DNA from: Amoeboradix gromovi X-113
Taxonomy: Eukaryota; Fungi; Sanchytriomycota
NCBI GenBank assembly: GCA_018985225.1
Contig: JADGIF010000240.1
Coordinates: 1 to 13,076, forward strand
DNA length: 13,076 nucleotides
Direction: 5' to 3'
Shown: positions 1 to 8,303 of the stretch, piece after piece
Position numbering within the stretch: the first letter of the stretch is position 1
Layout of the letters: the number at the start of each line of letters is the position of its first letter
Translations under genes and position numbers: made by a program
The notes under the pieces: generated by a model
Databases searched by the model: none
Told to the model about the DNA's origin: nothing
The model's input: the letters and a program-made list of their open reading frames with translations, nothing else

Positions 1-326
1 ATGTCAAGGATAACAGCTGGGAGTATGGGGTGCTTAGATCATTAGGCTTTACAAAGGCAATACTTGTGAGAGTGTATATCTATGAATCAATGAGTATCGT
101 ATTAAGCAGTGCAGCACTTGGAACGCTGATTGGAAGTCTAACAGGGGTGTTTTTTTGTTTACAAAGCAACGTATTCCTGGAGCTGCCATGGGCTTTTAGT
201 TTCCCTTTAGAGTTCTATATTGTTATCATATTATTAGCGTGCATATTAGCTGTGACTGGAAGTATACTGCCATCACTTGAGCTGAATAAAAAGACGATAT
301 CGGCTACCATAAAAGGAACAAAATAA
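1..326 (+). CDS. C-terminal part of an FtsX/MacB-like (ABC-3) permease-domain membrane protein, 5'-truncated by the window edge
   Basis: The frame is open from base 3 (VKDNSWEYGVLRSLGFTK...YIYES...LGTLIG). The E-x-G-V-L-R-S-L-G motif followed by about 2-3 hydrophobic segments is typical of the FtsX permease domain. The GTG at 30 is an internal Val, not a start. Stop TAA at 324-326. Confidence 0.75.
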   Translation, partial: VKDNSWEYGVLRSLGFTKAILVRVYIYESMSIVLSSAALGTLIGSLTGVFFCLQSNVFLELPWAFSFPLEFYIVIILLACILAVTGSILPSLELNKKTISATIKGTK

Positions 327-327
327 A
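322..327 (+). terminator. AATAAA poly(A) signal overlapping the permease stop codon
   Basis: The same arrangement occurs at all 8 gene ends. Confidence 0.55.
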
Positions 328-352
328 TTAATTTCATAAACTCCCTTGATTC

Positions 353-3300
353 ATGCTAGCTGGTGATTCTTCACAGCATTCTTTGTATTTAAAACGTATA
401 GTCGTAGAGAATTTCAAGTCTTATTTTGGTAGGCACAATGTAGGTGATTTTCATCCTGACTTCACCAGTATAGTAGGAAGCAACGGAAGTGGTAAATCAA
501 ATATAATAGATTCACTATTATTTGTATTTGGATTTCGCAGCAACTATCTAAGACACTCTAAACTGAGTAATCTAATATATTCTGGCCATGTTCAATGTCA
601 ATTCTGTATCGTTGAACTGCATTTCTTGAAAGAGAATGTTGAATCCTTTGTTATAAGTAGAAAAGTAGACGTTAATAATACATCGACATATTATATAAAC
701 AATAAAGCCACCCCCTTTAAGCAAGTTAAGGATCTGGTTATGAGTTGGGGCATTGATTTAGAACATAATCGATTCATGATTTTGCAAGGTGAAATTGAGA
801 GCATCGCTCAAATGAAACCAACCGGTAATTCTGCGGTTGCGGGTATTCCTAATCCTGAAAGGAAATCTGTTGGTTTGCTAGAGTACTTGGAAGATATCAT
901 TGGCACAACTCATTTGCATTTGCCATTGTACGAATCATTTAACAAGGTTCAGGAGTGTGATGAGCTAAAGGAGCAATACTCTAGACAAGTAAACCACGCA
1001 CAGAAAGATAGAGACGAGCTTTTGCCAGCATTTGAGGAAGCTAATAGTTACATTCGTAAGCATAATGATAAGACAGAATTGCAATCAATGGTGTATCAAC
1101 AACAAAAGATGTTAACTCTTGAGCAAATTGAGCAATGCCGGGTTAATATGGACAAGATAACTCTCGATATTGAAGCCTTGCAGCAAGTTAAATTGAATTT
1201 AAAGTCTGATTTGGAGTCTATTCACTCTGAAATGCAGCAATATATATCCGCTCACTCTACCAACGAAAAGAAAACGAGTGCATTGAGATCCACCATCGAT
1301 TCGCTGGAAAAACAAGTTATTTTGATAGAAAACGATATTCAACATGCTAAACAGTCGATACAGCGTAAACTAAAGGCAACTAACACAAATGATGAAAAGT
1401 TAAATAATCTGGTGTTTGTTGATGATTCTTCTATCTTAGCGCTGGAGTCTGAGATAAAATCAATTGAATTCAACTTAAGTGCGGCTACAAAAGAAATGAG
1501 CGTTTTGAGATTGAAAATAAAATCTAAGCTAGAACCTATAGAAGCGGAATGCGATACTATCCAACACGCATTAAATCCAATCAACAAACAAATAGCCAGT
1601 GTTAAAACTGAGATGCAAACAGTCATAAAACAACAGTCTCAACTCAAATCAAAACAACAAGAAGTGTCGTCCAATAATTTAGTGGAAGCGCTCGAGAACA
1701 AAAAGCAGGAGATTGATTATATCAATCCCGAGATAAATAAACAAATTGTGTCGGTCCAGCAGTTGCAATCAGAATTGAATAACCTAGAAGTTCAAGTTGC
1801 AGAACGGGTTAATGAAATGGAATCAATTAGCTCTAAAATAGAATTTGGTAAGTCTGAAGAATCTTTGAAATTGTCAACTGACAAGACCAGTACTCATATC
1901 TACAAACTAAAGTCTAAAATCAATGGCATCCGTGGTAAATTAGGGGATTTAGGGACCATAGATCCCAAATACGACGTAGCAGTTAGTACTGCTGCGCCGT
2001 CACTCCACAACTTTGTTGTTGAATCAGTGGACGACGCAAATAAATGCGTTAATTATTTAAGAGAGAACAGGCTCAATAGAACCACATTTATTGTGCTAGA
2101 CAAAATTAAGAACAATAAAATCAACGAGACAAATGGAAATACCAGACTAATTGATTTGATATCATGTCCTGATGATTTAAAATGTGCTTTTTATCACGCA
2201 GTTAGAGACACTATAGTTGCTACTGATATTGATGAGGCAAGAAAGTTAAGTAAGAGTAACAGATATTGCAGAATAGTAACTCTGGATGGAAAAATGATAG
2301 AGCCGAGTGGTGTGATGAGCGGTGGTGGAAATAAAAGTTATTCAGGGGCATTGAATACCAGCTCCGTACCGCTAGGAAACAGTTATAGCAATAGAAACAC
2401 TGATATTGAGTCATCTGACAGAGAACTCGCAAAGCTAAAATCTGTAATTGCCAAATTGAATCAACAAATAGTAAATAAACAATCAGAAATAGAGAGCAGT
2501 AGTATTGCTTTGAAGGATATGCAGGATGTACACAAAGAATTAATTGCAGAGTACAATTCTTTAGAGCAAATGGACTCCTGGACTGCAGAAGATGATCAAC
2601 TGTTGAAATCTTTGGAAATACAAAGAACTGAATTATATAAAAAACTGCAGTCATTAAACCTACAAACAGAACCACTGATATCAAAACTACAAGCGCAGAA
2701 ATCATTGCTACAGGTAACTGGGGGAGATGACTTAGAATTGAAACAAGTCCGTGTGGAATCATTGCAAAAAGACTTATCAAGTATGCAGCAACGCAGTCAG
2801 CAAGCCAAGAAGGACGCTCTGATCTACAAAGAAGCGTATGCAAGGCTAAACAAAGAATCCTTGAAGCTGATTAAGGATTTAAAGGGATTAGAAAAGACTG
2901 TTCTGGATAATACTACCAAGTTGAGTAAACTACAGATTGAGAGTAAAACCAAAAGGGAGGAGCTGCTTTTATTTGAGCAGGAATTCATTAAAAGAGATAA
3001 AGAGTTACAGGAATATAAAAATAACATTAAACTAAAAGAGGAGGAGTTAAATAGTAGCAAGAATAATCTAATGACAACTAGTAACAATCTAGATGATGTT
3101 AAAAGGCAGGGACGTGCACTAGAAAGCCAACTGTCTAAAATTGAACTTGAAATGACTAAATTGGCCTTGCACGGTGATGAAGAATTCAAAATATACTCAG
3201 GAGAGCAACTAGATGCTGTCGATACTAATAAGCTAAACAAAGAGATTAAACATCTCGAGCAGCAGCTAGACAAAATGAATCCAAATCTATCTGCTTTAAA

Positions 3301-3965
3301 GCAATTTCAACTGCGTCAGGAACAATTGGATGAAAAGATTAAAGTTTTGGACAAATGCAAAGAAGAGCAAGAAAAGTGTAGACTGGAATTTGACAATTTA
3401 AAGGCAACAAGGACTAGTACATTTATGCATGGTTTCAATATAATATCGAAGAAATTGAAGGAAATTTACTGTTTATTGACAATGGGAGGCAATGCTGAAT
3501 TGGAGTTTGTAGACTCTTTAGATCCATTTAGTGAAGGGATACAATTTAGCGTAATGCCACCAAAGAAATCTTGGAAACTAATCAGCAACTTAAGCGGAGG
3601 TGAAAAGACTTTAAGTTCATTAGCGTTGGTATATGCTCTGCATCATTTTAAGCCGTGTCCAATATATGTCATGGACGAGATAGGTAAAATACACTAATTT
3701 AGACGCAGCACTAGATTTCAAAAATGTCGGTATTGTGGCGAGATACGCCAAGGAGCAATCAAGACACCATGCACAGATGATTATAATCAGTTTAAGGAAT
3801 CCGATGTTTGATTTAGCAGACAGGTTAGTAGGAATTTACAAGATAAATGGATGTACAAAGAGTATAACAACAGACTTGAACAAGTTATTGGAAGCTAAGT
3901 TCAAGATAAATAAACCAGTGCAACAGTCGCAGAGAATGACACAGCGAAATTTTGTATTAAAATAA
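353..3965 (+). CDS. SMC4: Condensin subunit SMC4; exons 353-3683 and 3703-3965, about 1197 aa
   Basis: Motifs: NFKSY, Walker A GSNGSGKSN, Q-loop ILQGEIE, GLLEYLEDIIG, long coiled coils, hinge LDGKMIEPSGVMSGGG, PPKKSW..ISNLSGGEKTLSSLAL. Removing the 19-nt intron restores YVMDEI-DAALDFKNVGIVARY and joins ORF 3735-3965 (IIISLRNPMFDLADRLVGIYK). Confidence 0.97.
3684..3702 (+). other. 19-nt spliceosomal intron in SMC4 (GTAAAATACACTAATTTAG), phase 1
   Basis: GT...AG ends, with CTAAT at positions 11-15. Excision rebuilds the invariant Walker B/D-loop DEIDAALD. Retention gives an in-frame TAA. Confidence 0.96.
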
Positions 3966-3966
3966 A
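3961..3966 (+). terminator. AATAAA poly(A) signal overlapping the SMC4 stop codon
   Basis: TAA 3963-3965 is embedded in AATAAA. Confidence 0.55.
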
Positions 3967-4386
3967 ATGTTTATTAATTTATAACGCGAAATCTTTAAAG
4001 TTGCGTTTTTAGCTGTAAATGCTTACACTCATAAGGCATGTTGATATCTCTATTTTCAAGACTGCTGAATAAAAAATTACTCAGGGAATAAAAGACAACA
4101 ATGGTGTCCGCATTAAAGACGGGTATTTAATGCCCTAAGTATCCCTCTTGATTATGAATTCGTCTTATGATCTTTTCTGCAGCACGATTTTTGCCATGTT
4201 TGCTCCCAGAGCACTTAAAACTAGACACGAAGTGCATTTTATCTTTTTGTCCTTGGACCAGTCGTGCATTCGGTATCTGCTAGGGATTTCCTTATATTTG
4301 AGATATTTTCGATCGCGAGGCCTGAGACGTTAGAAGACTAGAAAGATAACATGTTGAAGCAATGCAGCTTAACTACGATAAATGGT

Positions 4387-4890
4387 TTATTTACTTATAA
4401 GGTGAACTGCTTGTTCTGAAATATCTATAGCAGCCAAACAGACGGATTTAGAAGGATTCTTGATGTACGAGATGTTCAGCCAGTTGGACTGAATTACAGC
4501 CAATTGCACGTCATGACTGGGGTTAGAGATATAATCGATGCAACAGCCATTTTGTTTGACTGCGGCTAATTGAACGGTTTCTGCAGGATTAGATATGTAT
4601 TCAATAGCTAAACCATTCAATAAAACTGCAGCTAATTGAACACGGACACTAGGGTTTTTTATAAGCTGAATAATGTATATGCTCTCATAGTTGCTTTGAT
4701 TGATTGCTGCTAATTGTAAAAGCTCCGGTGGATTGTCTATATATTCGATGGTATAAGGAGAAAGTTCGATAGCCAACAAACAGGACGGTATTGATGGGTT
4801 CTTTATCCATTGAATGACTGTGGGATTCGATTTAATCAATATTGGATGTATGTACTCGACCAAATTGATTAGAGACACAAAACGTTCCAT
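4387..4890 (-). CDS. Tandem 22-aa repeat protein (NPSxxVQLAAVxxNGxxIxYIx), DUF4116-like helical repeat, function unknown
   Basis: 167-aa ATG-to-TAA ORF with six clear repeats, e.g. NPSVRVQLAAVLLNGLAIEYIS / NPAETVQLAAVKQNGCCIDYIS / NPSHDVQLAVIQSNWLNISYIK. AATAAA overlaps the stop. The family name is by resemblance only. Confidence 0.75.
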   Translation of the reverse strand: MERFVSLINLVEYIHPILIKSNPTVIQWIKNPSIPSCLLAIELSPYTIEYIDNPPELLQLAAINQSNYESIYIIQLIKNPSVRVQLAAVLLNGLAIEYISNPAETVQLAAVKQNGCCIDYISNPSHDVQLAVIQSNWLNISYIKNPSKSVCLAAIDISEQAVHLISK

Positions 4891-5125
4891 CCTAAAAAAA
4901 GGGAAACCTTAATAAAACGAAAAAACAATTTAGATGTTCGTAAACATGTCCGTTATAAGTGCGTGGCGACGTAAAAATAGCAGATATTTCAGGTCACAAA
5001 CTGCTCTAAAAAATGTTTAAAAATGGAAACCTCTCAAAATACTCATCTTTGAACAGTGGTGTACATATTTTCATGGCTTATCCGAACCTGGATTGCTTTT
5101 ACATTAATGAATCTTCTACCGTTCC

Positions 5126-5132
5126 TTGAAAC
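5126..5132 (+). promoter_or_regulatory. TTGAAAC motif 16 nt before the NAMPT ATG (putative core promoter/initiator)
   Basis: The same motif precedes the VPS54, SPC25 and SNF4 starts. Confidence 0.4.
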
Positions 5133-5148
5133 TACCTTACCAGGAATA

Positions 5149-6703
5149 ATGATTCCCTCCATTATTCTTACAGATTCCTACAAGATGGCGCACTTCTCCG
5201 AATATCCAGAATGCGAAAAAATGGTAGCTTATGGTGAGTTTCGTAAGCCTCTTGACAAGGATGATAATCGAATTGTATTCTACGGTATCCGCTATTGGAT
5301 AAAGATTATAGCTAAGCAATGGACCCTCGAGGATGTCTCAAAGTGTGAGATTTTTTTAAGTACTCATAACATTGGAGAGCCATATCCCTTTCCAAGAGAT
5401 TTGTTTATTTCATTTATAAACGAATGCGATGGACATTTTCCTGTAGAAATTGAAGCACTAGATGAAGCTTCGGTTATTTACCCACACGTGCCTGTATTTC
5501 AAATAACCGCGCTTAACAAATATTCTAAATTGGTTACATTTTTGGAAACCCTTTTGACTATGATATGGTATCCTTGTAACGTAGCCACCATATCTAGGCA
5601 TACTAAATCTGCTATTGATTTGTATTATTCAAAGACTGTTGATGAAGGCAGCTTCTCTTCCATCCATACGAAACTTCATGATTTTGGTTTTCGTGGTTGC
5701 ACGAGTGTTGATCAATCTGTCATTGGTGGGGTAGCTCATTTATTAAATTTCACTGGATCTGATACTTTGTCTGCGTGCTACTATGCTCAGTTTGAGTTAA
5801 ACAAAGGAAGACCAGTGGGATTTTCTATTCCTGCTACAGAGCACTCCGTCATGACCGCTTGGCAGAGTGAAGAAGCGGCTATCCGTAACATGATTGAGAA
5901 ATATGGCGAGGGAGTGTATGCCTGCGTAATGGATAGTTACGATTATGTGGAAGCATTGAGCAGCGTGTTACCAAACATTGCCAAGGAAAAGACAGCCAAA
6001 GGAGGCTATCTGGTGTTGAGACCAGACAGTGGTGATCCTGTGACTACAGTTTTACAGGCATTAGATGCGTCTGACAAAGTGTTTGGTAGCGTCTTGAATT
6101 CTAAAGGATACAAAGTTGTTCAAGGTTGCGGTGTCATTCAAGGTGATGGAATCAGCAAATCTATTGTGCTTGATATCCTAAAAGCAGCTGAATCTAAAGG
6201 ATACAGTGCAGAAAATATCTCATTTGGAATGGGTGCCGGATTACTCCAAAAGCATAACAGAGATACAATGTCGTTTGCTACTAAGTTATGTTTTATCGAA
6301 TACTCAAACAAGACAGTAAAACATGTTATGAAGTCCCCAAAAACCGATGATAGTAAAACATCATTGCCTGGTCAGTTGGCTGTATTGGAAAATGAATTGG
6401 GCGTATTTTAAACTAATATAGTTACCAGTTGTCTATCCAAAGAACGACCCAAACTACGCTCTGCCCAACCTGAAACCATTATTGAAATCAGTGTATAATG
6501 GATTAGATCCAAACAAGCGAGTGTTTAACTATGAACATCCACCCTCTCATAATTCCAGGGCGGGAAATGACTTTTGGGACATTGATTTTAGTGACTTGAA
6601 ATACAAACTAGAATCAAAATGGAAACAGTGTCCGCTAATCTACGACCCATTGAGTGCAGAGATCAAAGACAAGATTAGAAAAATTAAAAATAAAACAACT
6701 TAG
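5149..6703 (+). CDS. NAMPT: Nicotinamide phosphoribosyltransferase (NAMPT/NadV type); exons 5149-6402 and 6422-6703, about 511 aa (alternative ATG at 5107)
   Basis: Motifs TDSYK, LHDFGFRG, GSDT, SIPATEHSVMT, DSYD, RPDSGDP, IQGDG and FGMGAGLLQKHNRDT. Removing the 19-nt intron joins ELG to LPVVYPK and ORF 6482-6703 in frame. Start 5149 is preferred because TTGAAAC precedes it and TDSYK is normally near the N-terminus. Confidence 0.92.
6403..6421 (+). other. 19-nt spliceosomal intron in NAMPT (GTATTTTAAACTAATATAG), phase 0
   Basis: GT...AG ends, with CTAAT at positions 11-15. It contains the TAA that ends the upstream ORF, and excision fuses the two ORFs in frame. Confidence 0.92.
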
Positions 6704-6709
6704 TTTATT
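6689..6709. terminator. Convergent poly(A) signals for NAMPT (+, 6689-6694) and the SWIB gene (-, 6704-6709)
   Basis: AATAAA on each strand around a 10-nt intergenic gap. Confidence 0.5.
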
Positions 6710-6713
6710 GCAA

Positions 6714-7998
6714 TTAAGGAAATGCTTCTTGACTTGACGTAAATGTGTTTTGGTGTTCAGGGGATGGTGCATTTGAGAGTATCTTAGCTTCATCCAACAT
6801 CTCAAGGAAAGAACTGGATTTATGTAAACTACTAGAATCGATCTTAAGTTTGTCAACATCAGTTACCAAGGTCGACAAAATGGACATAACAGCTTGAGCT
6901 TGAAACCTCTCTGGAAACCCAAGTTGAATCAAATAATCGTCAGCCGTGTAGGTTCGCTTGCCGAACAAGACGACCGGTGGGACTTTACTGCGAATGTAAG
7001 ACCACAAGAATTTAAGACCAACTTGCCTTTGTTAATTTAAAGTACCTTGGGAAGTATTCTACCTGGCATATCCTTGAAAAGACCTCATTTGGCTTCACAA
7101 ACTTCATGTCAACAAATTTCGACTGTCTTCGTTTTAATGTTTGAGCAGAAGATAAGCCAGCTTGTTTGTGCTCCAAATACATCAGGAACTTGGCGCTTTT
7201 TTCTTGATCTCGAGGAGGAATTTGATATTTTAATGCCTTTGTTAACTTTGACCTTATTGTTTTGTTAATGTTACTTATAGTTGTGGATTCACAGCCCAAT
7301 AGTTGTCTTAGTGGTGGATTACATTCAATTGTTCCGCGAGATGATTTCATGTTGTTCAGTTTAATATCATATTTGATTTTAGTCACGGCAGCTTTAAAAG
7401 TAGTGAAATTGACACAAAGGTATACTGCTAAATCTGGAGCACATTTATACAACTTCACTCTACTGTACTTTTCAAGAGATTCCTGATTGTACGTTCCGGG
7501 GGTCTCATCCAAAGCCATAATATCGGTGCTTTCAATCGGAATTTGATGTAAATGTTTTTTAAAATCATATGTAGACGGATTAAATATCAATGAATTGCTA
7601 AGTTTTTGAAGCATTTGATCAGAGTATATCAATCCATCTTTAATAAGATTGTTGGTGGAAGCATACTTACAGATCAATGGAACCAATTCTTTGAAGTAAA
7701 CCTCTTTTTTTTTGATTATTGATCTCAAATCTGGAGACACCATATACAATATCTCATCGCAATCCGGTGTAAAATCAGTAGTCTCTATAAATGGATATGG
7801 GAACAGTGTGGATTCATAGTGTTGTTTTACCATGACAAGAATCTGATCAGAAATGTAATACCGCAAATCATATAAATCCATGTGGAATTTCAATTCAAGC
7901 TCATGCCTGATAGATTCCATAGTCTTCTGGAAGACATTTTCATTACAAATAATGTTTTCCAGCTCATTGATTATTGTTAGGAGAATCGAATTGTTCAT
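6714..7998 (-). CDS. DEK-C + three SWIB/MDM2-domain protein (Uaf30/Tri1/Spp27-like); exons 7998-7046 and 7026-6714, about 421 aa
   Basis: N-terminal DEK-C-like segment (TMESIRHELELKFHMDL). SWIB-like units: VSPDLRSIIK..ELVPLICKYASTNNL..IYSDQMLQKL; CAPDLAVYL..AAVTKIKYDIKLNNM..IECNPPLRQLLG; and, only after splicing, FPRQVGLKFLWSYIRSK..YTADDYLIQLG. Confidence 0.75.
7027..7045 (-). other. 19-nt spliceosomal intron in the SWIB gene (GTACTTTAAATTAACAAAG), phase 2
   Basis: GT...AG on the minus strand, with TTAAC at positions 11-15. Excision joins ORFs 7012-7998 and 6714-7007 and rebuilds the SWIB motif PR...K.LW.YI. Confidence 0.9.
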
Positions 7999-8284
7999 TA
8001 AAAGTATAAAAGAAGCACGTCGCCTCTATGAATTTGCTGAATATCAAGATGAAGCCTGTAATTCGGGATTTCAAAAACTGGCATCGAAATTCGTATTATC
8101 CTCATTAAAAATCCTTAGTTTTCTAGAAAATTAAGAATTTCCAGAAAAACTGGAAAAGCCATATGCTGTTCTAGTCAATTAAAAACTCTACAAAGATAGA
8201 AGATTGGGGCGATGAAATTTATTTGATCACTAGAAATGCTTTATTCAGCATTAACTAATACCAATATACAAGGGACCTCATCAA

Positions 8285-8292
8285 TTTGAAAC
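8285..8292 (+). promoter_or_regulatory. TTTGAAAC motif 11 nt before the VPS54 ATG
   Basis: Recurrent start-proximal motif. Confidence 0.45.
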
Positions 8293-8303
8293 AAAAAATT
8301 TAG

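Noticed and set aside
843-861. GTATTCCTAATCCTGAAAG, a 19-nt GTA...AG stretch in a variable SMC4 loop
   Set aside because: CTAAT is out of register (no A at position 14), and excision would frameshift an otherwise continuous conserved ORF.
4062-4080. Minus-strand 19-nt GTAATTTTTTATTCAGCAG
   Set aside because: It lacks YTAAY at positions 11-15, and excision yields no recognisable gene.
4101-4333. Plus-strand ORF 4148-4333, extendable to ATG 4101 through a 17-nt GT-AG segment (4123-4139)
   Set aside because: Length and branch register do not fit the 19-nt consensus, the product is unrecognisable, and there is no AATAAA at its stop.
4892-4907. GT...AG segment just upstream of the repeat gene ATG (minus strand)
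   Set aside because: It is 16 nt, has no branch adenosine, and there is no upstream open exon.
3979-4958. TTATAACG / CGTTATAA inverted octamer flanking the repeat gene as possible transposon ends
   Set aside because: Only 8 bp and AT-rich, with no target-site duplication or transposase evident.
5056-5148. N-terminal extension of NAMPT from GTG 5056
   Set aside because: It is a non-ATG start in a eukaryote with no NAMPT similarity; ATG 5149 (or 5107) is more plausible.
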